A stretch of DNA of 57,060 nucleotides from Candidatus Hodarchaeota archaeon (GCA_048887065.1 JBHLKC010000002.1:1-57060), one strand, 5' to 3'. Shown: positions 26,848-36,306, counted from the first letter of the stretch. Notes: a model not told the origin generated them from the letters alone. A program made the numbers and translations.

Positions 26848-28428
26848 TTAGAAATCAGGGATTAATCTTCCCTGACCATTTACTAACATATTGTATGTTT
26901 TTTGAATTCGATCCCAGTTTTCTTCCCTATCTAAAGCCCAATGACGTCCAATAACAGAAACAAATTTAATCGTTCCTAATTCTTTTGCTTTTTGTTCCAG
27001 CTTATTAACATAGTATGCCCCTGCTTCTGGTTTTTCTCCTCTTCGTCCTAATAATCCATGAATGTAAACTCGAGGAAGGTTTGACTGAACAGATAATTCC
27101 ATTAACGACTCTAGAAATTTAATGGAACCATGGCTTGAGAAGAAACTAATGATACTAAGTAAATGTAAGGCAGAATTATTCTTCTTAACATAATTAATTG
27201 CATTTAGAAAAGCAGAATTTCGAAAAAAATCACCATTCTCAATAGCATCAAAAATTTTTACACGATCGCTTATAATACGTCGTCCAACACCCATATGAAG
27301 GTGTCCTATTTCGCTATTCCCAACAGTACCTTCGGGCATCCCTAATCGTGTTCCAGAAGCGACTAATGTTGTAAAAGGATAGTTAATTTTTAATCTATCC
27401 ATATTTGGGGTACCAAATTCTTTGTACAAATTCCCCCAGGAATCAGGATTATAACCCCAGCCATCTAGTATTAAAAGTAAGATTCTTTGGCTTTTTAGAA
27501 CGCTTTCTCCAGAAATTAGACTTTCCCCTTCCATTTCTGACGGTTTATTCATCTCAAGGATCTCTAATATTGTTGGCCCTATATCAATAAGAGATCCACC
27601 TTCTCTTAATTTGATCTGATTTTTCTTATGGGAGATTATAAGAAATGGAACAGGATTTGAAGTATGTCCTGTATCAATTGCCCCACCAGGATATAACCAA
27701 GATTCCGCAAGTCCATGGTCTGCTGTTACTAATACAGTATAATCTGTTATAAGTGCAGATGCAACTATTCTATGGAGTTGTTCATCTACTGTTTGTATTG
27801 CTTTTTTAATAACCTGTTTATCTTCTATATGCCCCATTACATCGCAAGGTGACAAATTTGTTATAATTAATTCATGACTTCCTTCATTCATCTTATTGAT
27901 TGTAGTTTGAGCTACATCGTAAGCTCTCATTTCTGGATAGTTGGCTAAATTTTCGGTTTCAATAGATGGAATTATTATTCTTTCTTCATTTTTATATTGT
28001 TTATGTTGCTTTCCATTAAAAAAATATGTTAGATGAATAGCTTTTTCACTCTCTACGCACTTTAAAACGCGTTTGTTATGTCTTGATACGAATTCAGTTA
28101 AATTATTGGAAATTTTTCCTATCGGAGGGAAAGCAACATCGACGGATAAGTTTGGGTGATATTGAATCATTGTTGAGACGTAAAGATTAAGCGGTTTTAC
28201 AAGGAAATGGGTAAAATTTTCTTCTATTAGAGCTTGTGTAAGTTCTATCTCTCTCTCTCCACGAATATTTGCAAAAATTAAACCGTCATTATATTTTATA
28301 CGACCAATTGGATTCTGGTGGTTTGGATCAGCAAGAATACTAGGCTCTAATATCTCATCATCTTCCCCATTTTTATAAGCATTAGCAATCCCGCACGCAA
28401 GAGGAGTATTATACCTGTTTTCACTCAT
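26848..28428 (-). CDS. gpmI: Cofactor-independent phosphoglycerate mutase (bacterial GpmI type), circularly permuted
   Basis: All GpmI blocks are present once, in rotated order. FANIRGERE, ESEKAIHLTYFFNG, CDVMGH, TADHG and GHTSNPVPF come first. LILDGWG, GNSEIGH, VYIHG and GRHWALDREENWDR come second. Confidence 0.8.
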   Translation of the reverse strand: MSENRYNTPLACGIANAYKNGEDDEILEPSILADPNHQNPIGRIKYNDGLIFANIRGEREIELTQALIEENFTHFLVKPLNLYVSTMIQYHPNLSVDVAFPPIGKISNNLTEFVSRHNKRVLKCVESEKAIHLTYFFNGKQHKQYKNEERIIIPSIETENLANYPEMRAYDVAQTTINKMNEGSHELIITNLSPCDVMGHIEDKQVIKKAIQTVDEQLHRIVASALITDYTVLVTADHGLAESWLYPGGAIDTGHTSNPVPFLIISHKKNQIKLREGGSLIDIGPTILEILEMNKPSEMEGESLISGESVLKSQRILLLILDGWGYNPDSWGNLYKEFGTPNMDRLKINYPFTTLVASGTRLGMPEGTVGNSEIGHLHMGVGRRIISDRVKIFDAIENGDFFRNSAFLNAINYVKKNNSALHLLSIISFFSSHGSIKFLESLMELSVQSNLPRVYIHGLLGRRGEKPEAGAYYVNKLEQKAKELGTIKFVSVIGRHWALDREENWDRIQKTYNMLVNGQGRLIPDF

Positions 28429-28645
28429 TTTCTGTCAAAGATCGGTAGAAAAAATAATTTATGATCATTACGATGGAAAATAATAATCCTAACTTCAAAA
28501 ATTTATTCTTACGGTTTAATGTCAGAAAAACTTTTATTCAGGAGCATAAATTAGTTTATCAAGTAATGACAATAATAATTAGATGTAATCGCACTATTTT
28601 ACAAGTGGAAATTCCAAATTAATTATATAATTGGATGTAGAAAAA

Positions 28646-29107
28646 ATGTTGAAGATTGGAGACGTAGCGCCTAATTTTGAGACTGAAACTTCATCAGGTC
28701 AACCTATGAGTTCAGAAAAATTAGGAGGCCAGAGATTTGTCCTATATTTCTATCCTAAAGATAACACTCCTGGATGTACAATAGAAGCTTGTTCCATCCG
28801 AGATAATTACCAATATTTTCTGAGTCAAAATATTCCTGTATTTGGAGTATCTGGAGGGAGTTCACAATCACACCAGAAGTTCATTGAAAAATATAGTCTT
28901 CCTTTTCCTTTATTAATGGATGAGAAACTAGAAATAGCAAAAAAATTTAATGCTTATAAAAAAGGGAATCGTGTGGCACGCATTACATTTCTAATCGATG
29001 AAAATGGTATAATTGAGGGTATTTTTGGAGGGGATCAAGGAATTGAAAAGGTCAAAACAAAGGAACACGCCCATCAGATAATTAAATTCTGGAAATTAGA
29101 GTTGTAA
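28646..29107 (+). CDS. bcp: Thiol peroxidase / peroxiredoxin Bcp
   Basis: MLKIGDVAPNFE...YFYPKDNTPGCTIEAC. I prefer the ATG at 28646 over the TTG at 28631. Confidence 0.85.
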   Translation: MLKIGDVAPNFETETSSGQPMSSEKLGGQRFVLYFYPKDNTPGCTIEACSIRDNYQYFLSQNIPVFGVSGGSSQSHQKFIEKYSLPFPLLMDEKLEIAKKFNAYKKGNRVARITFLIDENGIIEGIFGGDQGIEKVKTKEHAHQIIKFWKLEL

Positions 29108-29352
29108 ATTATTATCTTTAATTTTCATGCATCTATAGACTTCTATTTCGCTTTTGTATTTGTAAATCTTTTGAAATCACCACCATTCTACTTCAATTTT
29201 AAGGAGAATTGATTTTCCCTAGAAATCATTTTAGTAATAAAAAACTAAAGATAAATAAGCATGGATTTACTTGTTATCATAAAATCCATTGGTTAACCCT
29301 TTTAAACAGACAAAAAAGCTTTGATTGGAGCAAAAATGAATTTTGAAGTGAC

Positions 29353-30444
29353 TTGAAATTGATAGATAGAGACGTCCTATTCAGTGTTTTTGATAAGAAA
29401 AGAGGAGCGCTCCCAATATTTTTTGAGGGGACTCTTTCAACTGATGAAGCACAGAGAATTGCAATGCGTTCTCAGATGACGCTGTCTATGATGTCATCAG
29501 CTGATTTGGAGACAGCAGAGGCAATATTACCATTTTCTAGCTTAAATAGAATTGGTTTTATCCTTTTATTTCAGATTCAACAATTAGATGCAGAAGAACC
29601 TAAATGTGTAGCCTCATTATCATATCTAGTGCCTCAGGATCAGCAGGTTTTTCTATATAATAAGGTTCCATTCTTGAAGTTTAAAGCTGAAGAGATTGCA
29701 GAACACATCAAGCAGAATTTTATATATTCAAGCACCCTAACCTTCCCTCCCGATTTGGAAAAATACGTCTCAAATTGGCGAGTGACAGAGAAAGAAGCAA
29801 CAGCTGAGATTCAAATCATTGAAAGGAGGGTAACCTTATCTGAGAAAAAAGAAGGGGGTAGTATTGATTTCTTTTTAAGCCAAGTTAAGAAAAATGAAGA
29901 CCGTGTTTTGGGAGCACTCTATCGAGGAAATCCTATATTTGTAACAGGTTCATCTAATGTAATAGTTGACTTGATAGTTCATAGCTTGGATCTTTTTGTC
30001 CCTCATGCTAGCTTAAGAAAAGTGGGTTACACTACAACAATGATCGATCCTTCATATGCTGATATTATAGGAATTTCAAAAAATCTAGTGAAGAATTATC
30101 CTAAACATATACTAGTGGATTTGGATAAAAGACAAGTCAAACATGGAGATCCTTGCCCATATTCCAAAACTGTAATAAAACAACTGCGAAAAAATCCAGA
30201 TAGAGCAAATGAAATTATAAAAGAATCCACAAATAGACTTCTCAAAGTTGCAAGTTTGTTAATTGATTTGTTTTCACAACCTGAAGACCAGCGTGGGGAC
30301 AAACTTGAGAATATTCAGAAAGAATATGACTCCTCTCTAGTGTGGATTGCTGCTGAAATTGCTGCCCAACGTAATCCTTTAATTAGTGAAATACTTTTAC
30401 AACAGGTATCCAATCGATTCTTGGATTGGATGGGAGATTTATGA
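29353..30444 (+). CDS. Hypothetical protein with an N-terminal longin-like domain, an alpha/beta core and a helical tail (candidate DENN-like architecture)
   Basis: The secondary-structure pattern and the motif NPIFVTGSSNVIVDLIVHSLDLFVPH...ADIIGISKNL...HILVDLDKRQV resemble the cDENN consensus. TTG start. The functional call is inference only. Confidence 0.5.
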   Translation: MKLIDRDVLFSVFDKKRGALPIFFEGTLSTDEAQRIAMRSQMTLSMMSSADLETAEAILPFSSLNRIGFILLFQIQQLDAEEPKCVASLSYLVPQDQQVFLYNKVPFLKFKAEEIAEHIKQNFIYSSTLTFPPDLEKYVSNWRVTEKEATAEIQIIERRVTLSEKKEGGSIDFFLSQVKKNEDRVLGALYRGNPIFVTGSSNVIVDLIVHSLDLFVPHASLRKVGYTTTMIDPSYADIIGISKNLVKNYPKHILVDLDKRQVKHGDPCPYSKTVIKQLRKNPDRANEIIKESTNRLLKVASLLIDLFSQPEDQRGDKLENIQKEYDSSLVWIAAEIAAQRNPLISEILLQQVSNRFLDWMGDL

Positions 30445-30695
30445 ACATAGACCTTTGTCTAGTGTACATACGAATGATAATGCATTGAACATAGCTCTAG
30501 CAGACTTTGGTTTAATAATACACAGTTAAACTATAAGCTAAGATGTATTAATAATGGATTTATATTAATTTCACTTATTAATTCAAGAGATTTTCACAGA
30601 TACTTTGAAAAATGTTAAAAATATTTCTAAATAAAGTTAAAAGACCTAGGAATTCACATATTCATTCTCAATAATTAGAAGTTATAAAAAGAAAT

Positions 30696-32195
30696 TTGTC
30701 ACTGAAAGTAAAAGAACCAAGAAAAGTGATAGCTATGACTTCCATTCGAAGTTTAGATGATCTTACTGTTGAATTTGAAGAGTTTACTATTCAATTGAAC
30801 AAGCAGATGTTCAATCAATATGCTGGGCTTCAATATGAAAAAGATAAGATGGAGACTATTTCTAAAACGTTGGTAGAGCTAAGTTCTGAATTCTTAAACT
30901 CGTATAAAGAACCGAGAAACCTGTACTTAGAAGCCATTACAACAATCGCCGATGCTCGAAAACTCCCTTTAACTTTAGAAATTTATGATAAGCGAATGAA
31001 AGTTATATCGACAACTGCTTTTAAGATCCACGAAAAACCAGTTAATTGGGGTTCATGGAGGCAATTTAATGCTCAAACTTCAAATTTTATAAACAGAAAA
31101 CTAGTATTCGACGAATTTATTATTAAGGCTGAAGAACTTGGATCAATGATTACTGAGCGATTTGATATTTCTCGTCAAGTTCATTCTCTTTATGAATCTT
31201 CTCCTTTAGAAATTTATTTAGAAAGAGAGCAAGTTTCATATGAGAAATTAAGGGATTTTATTACTATTCTAGGTGATGGTGCAAAAAATCCTTTTTTAGC
31301 AGCAGCAGAGCATTACGCTCCAGAAATTCTTGGAAAAGATAGTTTTGAATATTTTGACGATTTTTATGTAGCTAGAGGGAGAATATATTCCCCTTTAAAC
31401 CCTCATCTTGAAAAAAAGAATCCTTTGAAAGTTATTGACCACGTTTTATCGAATTGGGGTTTTGGGGATGATCTTAAGAGAATAAAAGTCGATAGTGAAG
31501 ATAGGGAGAAAAAAACTCCCTCTGCTTTCTGTTTTGGGATTCAAATTCCAAATGATGTTCGTGTGATTTTTAAGCATGTGTCTCCATTTAGTGATTTTAT
31601 TAGTGTATTTCACGAATTTGGCCATGCAATTCATTGCACTTCTGGCAATCCCAGTGATCCATTTTGGACGAGATACCTAATTCCGATGAGTGTAGCAGAG
31701 ACTTTCTCAGTTTTTATTGAAATGTTAATGGAAAATCCTATATTCTTAAAACAAGAGATGAAATTGGCAGAGGAAGTGATTCAAGACATTCAGGATAGGC
31801 GTCACTTCATGAATTTGTTTTTCTTAGTTTTTTATGCATCAAACTCATTGATGAAACTTGAGTATTGGAAGAATAATTACTCTCTTGAGGAGGCATCTTC
31901 CCGTTTCCAAGAACTAACAAGAAGGTTTTTTTGGGAAATACCTGGAAACTATTGGCTTTTACACCATGTAATGCCAGATTATGATATCTATGCTCCTTCA
32001 TATATTCTTGCGAGTATCCGTGTCAAAGAATGGATTGAACAGATGGTCGACGAATATGGGGAAGAATTTTGGAAAGATAAGCAAGCAGGAACCGTATTTC
32101 GGGATCTTGCAGCTACTCGTGCATCGTTTGATTTATCAGTATGGGATCTAGATCCGAAACCATATCTTGAGGAACAATCAAAATTCTCGTTTTAA
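30696..32195 (+). CDS. M3-family zinc metallopeptidase (oligoendopeptidase F-like)
   Basis: VFHEFGHAIH HExxH motif with a downstream SVAETFSVFIE glutamate block. The start is TTG at 30696 or ATG at 30735. Confidence 0.7.
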   Translation: MSLKVKEPRKVIAMTSIRSLDDLTVEFEEFTIQLNKQMFNQYAGLQYEKDKMETISKTLVELSSEFLNSYKEPRNLYLEAITTIADARKLPLTLEIYDKRMKVISTTAFKIHEKPVNWGSWRQFNAQTSNFINRKLVFDEFIIKAEELGSMITERFDISRQVHSLYESSPLEIYLEREQVSYEKLRDFITILGDGAKNPFLAAAEHYAPEILGKDSFEYFDDFYVARGRIYSPLNPHLEKKNPLKVIDHVLSNWGFGDDLKRIKVDSEDREKKTPSAFCFGIQIPNDVRVIFKHVSPFSDFISVFHEFGHAIHCTSGNPSDPFWTRYLIPMSVAETFSVFIEMLMENPIFLKQEMKLAEEVIQDIQDRRHFMNLFFLVFYASNSLMKLEYWKNNYSLEEASSRFQELTRRFFWEIPGNYWLLHHVMPDYDIYAPSYILASIRVKEWIEQMVDEYGEEFWKDKQAGTVFRDLAATRASFDLSVWDLDPKPYLEEQSKFSF

Positions 32196-32218
32196 GAAGA
32201 TTTACACTAAGAAGTGAG

Positions 32219-34810
32219 TTAAAGAGTAAAAATATTCCAATCTAACTGTTCCATGTCGCTAAGTATGGCTGTGAATTCAGTTAAATCATCTGGTATAGTA
32301 ACTGATCCAAAATTTATAATTTCATCGATTAAGACAAGACATCCCTCAGCATTCATATAAATTGAATTTGTAGCTATATTGGTAATGTTTCCTTTCACAA
32401 GATTTCGCCAGTTTGTTATTGCGGTCTCATTGAGCAGATGATTAGAAATCCCTGAAAGTATTTCATCTGTAGTATTAGCTGACTCTTGACACATGGTAAA
32501 ATTATTTATTGCGGTGTCATAGTCAGTACTGTTGAAAACAGGAGCATTTAAAGCTGCATTGAGACTATTAGTCCCCATTGAGAAGAATTTTACTGCATTT
32601 GAAGTTTCGTTCAATGCCAAAACGTAGCTTTCTACTAAATCAAATCTTTCTGAAGTGGAATTGGTGAATTCCTCGAATTCATCAAGCAGTTTATTTAATC
32701 CAGCAAATTCAAGAGGTTCTTGGGAAGTAATAACATCACTCATATTATTCAAGCTTGTTTGCGTCGCGGCCAGATAACTAGAGGTGTTATGGAGGCCCAA
32801 GTCGATATTAGACCAGATAGGATCATAGATATTACTTACGTCGGAAAAATTAATGTCATCCATTAGCTTCATAGTCTTGTTTAATGATCGAAACATATGT
32901 GTCGCATTTCGTACTGAAAACATCATATGCTTTGTGACTTGATGAAGATTAATAATAAAATTAACCAAATCCTGAATAGGTATCAAAGGATCCTCTATAT
33001 CAGGAAAGCTTCCAATGTCTATATCATAAAGTCCTTTTGAGGCATTAAAGTCTTTTTCTGCTTCCTCTAGCAGTTGTGACTCAAAATTATATTCACTAAG
33101 ATCATCCAGTACTAGTGTGAGCTTGTAAGTTGAATTTATCCAAGGGACAACTTCATTAGTCGTATTCACAAGAATAGGTAATCCAATTTCAAGTTCTGTC
33201 AACACATTAGAGATATCTGCAAAGATAGAGTAATTCAAAGTTTGTTGAACTGTTCTAACGAGTGAAAGAAGAGGTTGTTGAGCATCTGTGAGATTATTCA
33301 CACCAAGTTGAAGGATACTAAGTGCATCCTTCATAGATGAATTGTATTTCGGGGAAATCTGGGCACCAAGTCCTCCTTCGGTAATTTTTTCCATTGTTTG
33401 AATTAATATCAAAAATGATTGGTTGAATCCTAATTGAAGATTAAAATAAGCCCAGGATAAAGGGTAAAAATGAGGTACCGCCTCCGCTAATACATTAGTT
33501 AAAGTCAATATATTCGGAAGATCTTTTAGAGGTATTCCTGCTACATTTGGAATAATATATGGCAGAATAAGAGCAATTAATGGATTATTACCAAACTGTC
33601 TAAACGAATTACTGGCTAGTTTCAAATGTTGTTTAGTAGAGGCAATTAGACTGAGTAAATCTTCATAGGTTAAATCGAGGTTGTTTAAATATTCAGGCGA
33701 GAATATTTCTGCTGTTTCAACTAGCCCTATACTTGCATAAAGAGTTCCTTCTGTACCCTTTCCTATGGCATGATACCCTAATGGAATTATTATTATGAAA
33801 ATTAACAAAAGCGCTGAAAATAACGTTCTTAATAACATAGTACTCTTCCATTTTCGTTCTGAGATTTGAAAAATCCCTGTTAGACTAACCCCGATAGTAA
33901 AAGGTATGAAAATTATTATAATTGCGTCTAAAAAGGGAATTAGAAGCTGTAGAAGGTCAAATCCCAATATTACTCCCTGTCCTGTACTTTTAACCAAATC
34001 TTGATTTCTTAAAATGCCTATCAGATTCTGACGTGATATGTTATTAAAGATCCCCCAAGGATTTAATCCCTGAAAGACACGAAAATGAATCATTGTTTCA
34101 ATGGAAAGATAACTGATTAATGCAGATATTAATGATAAAGGCGCAAACCTTATAGAACGTTTAATTAGTGGATATAGGCATACAAGAATTGAAAATATAC
34201 CCAATGTGATAACATATGACAGCATCGAATCTAAAAACTGAGAAGGAATAATAAGAATGAATAATATCGGGATAATTATACTTAAGCTAAAAATAATTGA
34301 TTGACCTTCAATTCTATCCAGAAAGGGAACATATTTTTCCTTTTTAACCAATTCTTCCATGTTTGACGCATGATAAATTGTTAGAATATTTCCTAGCCCT
34401 TTTACAGTGGGTGAATCTGGTTTGATTATCTGTATGAGGATATTAATTAAAGCATCAGTACCCAGATAGTTATAATTGGCATCCAAACCTTCTAAAACTA
34501 AATTTTCAAATTTGTTCGAAAAGATCAATGAAATTGGCCCTATCTTTTCAAAAACGAGTATTATTACATGGATTTCTACATTTTCATGCAGATCTGAAGT
34601 CCTTTTGAACTTCAGATCTCTTAACATTCCAGAATAAAGTGAATAGTGTTTAGATTCACTGTGGGTCTGTAAGGCCCTAAGGAATTTATCTTTAGGAAAG
34701 CTTGGAAATTCAACACTTGAGTCTCGTAAAGAATTGACTGAAAACTGAAAAGACTCTGATCGTTGAGCAGCTTGCAGCTTAAATTTAATCTCCCATTCAT
34801 CCTTATTCAT
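32219..34810 (-). CDS. Large membrane protein: about 170-aa cytoplasmic N-domain, a polytopic TM block, and an N-x-S/T-rich extracytoplasmic C-terminal domain of about 400 aa
   Basis: Hydrophobic helices between roughly aa 170-450. By eye, about 19 N-x-S/T sequons in the last ~400 residues. No recognisable family. Confidence 0.7.
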   Translation of the reverse strand: MNKDEWEIKFKLQAAQRSESFQFSVNSLRDSSVEFPSFPKDKFLRALQTHSESKHYSLYSGMLRDLKFKRTSDLHENVEIHVIILVFEKIGPISLIFSNKFENLVLEGLDANYNYLGTDALINILIQIIKPDSPTVKGLGNILTIYHASNMEELVKKEKYVPFLDRIEGQSIIFSLSIIIPILFILIIPSQFLDSMLSYVITLGIFSILVCLYPLIKRSIRFAPLSLISALISYLSIETMIHFRVFQGLNPWGIFNNISRQNLIGILRNQDLVKSTGQGVILGFDLLQLLIPFLDAIIIIFIPFTIGVSLTGIFQISERKWKSTMLLRTLFSALLLIFIIIIPLGYHAIGKGTEGTLYASIGLVETAEIFSPEYLNNLDLTYEDLLSLIASTKQHLKLASNSFRQFGNNPLIALILPYIIPNVAGIPLKDLPNILTLTNVLAEAVPHFYPLSWAYFNLQLGFNQSFLILIQTMEKITEGGLGAQISPKYNSSMKDALSILQLGVNNLTDAQQPLLSLVRTVQQTLNYSIFADISNVLTELEIGLPILVNTTNEVVPWINSTYKLTLVLDDLSEYNFESQLLEEAEKDFNASKGLYDIDIGSFPDIEDPLIPIQDLVNFIINLHQVTKHMMFSVRNATHMFRSLNKTMKLMDDINFSDVSNIYDPIWSNIDLGLHNTSSYLAATQTSLNNMSDVITSQEPLEFAGLNKLLDEFEEFTNSTSERFDLVESYVLALNETSNAVKFFSMGTNSLNAALNAPVFNSTDYDTAINNFTMCQESANTTDEILSGISNHLLNETAITNWRNLVKGNITNIATNSIYMNAEGCLVLIDEIINFGSVTIPDDLTEFTAILSDMEQLDWNIFTL

Positions 34811-34974
34811 TAATTAGACCTCTAATGAACCTTTCGTAGATATCTTTTTTCGCGAGAAGAAGAAATCAATCCTGCATTTATTTGTATTGTTGAATATAAA
34901 TCACGAATATTTATAAAAGAGTTTATCTCCTTCTTACGTCAGAAATACTTCTATCTTTTAATGGAGCTGGAACC

Positions 34975-35514
34975 TTGTCTAAAAAGAAAGCAAAAGGAGC
35001 GAAGTTTGCATTCAAATTATTACTTCTGGGGGAACCTGAAGTCGGGAAGACTTCCTTAATAAAGAGATATGTGGATGATTTTTTCGAAGAAGGATATCAA
35101 ATAACGCTTGGTGTCGATTTTCTTTCTAAAACAGTAGTCATGGAAGACCCTAAGACAGGAAAAGAGCAAGAACTCAGTTTCCAGATTTGGGATGTCGCAG
35201 GTCAAAGTTCTTTCACAAATTTTCGCCACTTGTATTTAAAGAAAGCTCATGGGGTTTTTCTTGTCTTTGATTTGAACAGACCTGATACATTTGATAAATT
35301 AGATCGCTGGTTTGCTGATGTTAAAGAGCAGTCACCAACAGCTAAGATTATAGTAATTGGAAATAAGAATGATATCACCGAGGAGTTATCTTTCACAAAA
35401 GAAGAAATTCTCAAACGGTTCCAGGCAAAGCAATTTTACACGACTTCAGCTAAGACTGGTGCAAAGGTTCAGGAAGCATTCATCCAGATGGGGCAATTGA
35501 TATTAGGTGAGTAG
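34975..35514 (+). CDS. Rab/Ras-like small GTPase
   Basis: G1 LLGEPEVGKTSL, G3 WDVAGQ, G4 GNKND, G5 TSAK. No C-terminal Cys prenylation motif. TTG start. Confidence 0.85.
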   Translation: MSKKKAKGAKFAFKLLLLGEPEVGKTSLIKRYVDDFFEEGYQITLGVDFLSKTVVMEDPKTGKEQELSFQIWDVAGQSSFTNFRHLYLKKAHGVFLVFDLNRPDTFDKLDRWFADVKEQSPTAKIIVIGNKNDITEELSFTKEEILKRFQAKQFYTTSAKTGAKVQEAFIQMGQLILGE

Positions 35515-35517
35515 CTA

Positions 35518-36306
35518 ATGGTTTCCTTTGACGAATTGGAGGCATTTCTGGCATTCTTTGTTTTTTCATCACAAGGAAAGACATTGATTTCGAAAGATTT
35601 TCGTCAAGAAGAAGATGTTAAATCTCTCCCTCCAGAAAAAGTTCAGAATCTCTTAACCTCTGCATATGATATTTCTCAAGGACTTGAGGAGGAAGCAATC
35701 TCTAAGGGTCAAATATTTCACATTGATTTCGCATCTATGCGAATCGCTGGTATTTTAAGAAATGAGGGGCTTTTTTCGTTAATTGCATCTGCTTCCGCGT
35801 CTCTCCTTGATATAGAATTCAAGCTAAGAACATTAATGACTCTTTTCTTGGGTACTTTTGCCCACAAACTAGATAAAAAAAGAGTTAGACTTTCTCTTCT
35901 GGAGAAAGAAGAGTTTGATGAATCCATACAAACAGTTATGACTGGTGAATCTCGGTATATGACTGAATCCATGAAACAGATAGTTGAGCGAAACCTTCTT
36001 ACTTGGATTGAGAATGAAGAGGCTGTAAGAGGCGCCTGTGTTTCATCTTTTACAGGAGCGATTATTGTTAACCAAATGGATTATAGTATACTTCCATCAG
36101 CTGTACGTGCAATCAGAGGCGCATTTGCAGCTCATTTAGAAAGACCGAGATTCTTTTTGGGTGTTACAGGCGTAGCAAATCTGTTTGTTTATATTCTAGG
36201 TGAAGGATTATTGTTACTTGTTGATGCAAATCCAGAAGTATCTCCAGCTCATGCAGTTGGAGTTGTTGAAGAGAAGGTAGAAGAATTAATTGGTCTAATT
36301 CTGTAA
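35518..36306 (+). CDS. Tandem roadblock/LC7 (MglB-like)/longin-type domain protein
   Basis: The start lies 3 nt after the GTPase stop. The C-terminal half (VRGACVSSFTGAIIVN...FFLGVTGVANLFVYILGEGLLLLVDAN) fits the roadblock fold pattern, and the N-terminal half shows a similar beta/alpha pattern. Confidence 0.6.
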   Translation: MVSFDELEAFLAFFVFSSQGKTLISKDFRQEEDVKSLPPEKVQNLLTSAYDISQGLEEEAISKGQIFHIDFASMRIAGILRNEGLFSLIASASASLLDIEFKLRTLMTLFLGTFAHKLDKKRVRLSLLEKEEFDESIQTVMTGESRYMTESMKQIVERNLLTWIENEEAVRGACVSSFTGAIIVNQMDYSILPSAVRAIRGAFAAHLERPRFFLGVTGVANLFVYILGEGLLLLVDANPEVSPAHAVGVVEEKVEELIGLIL

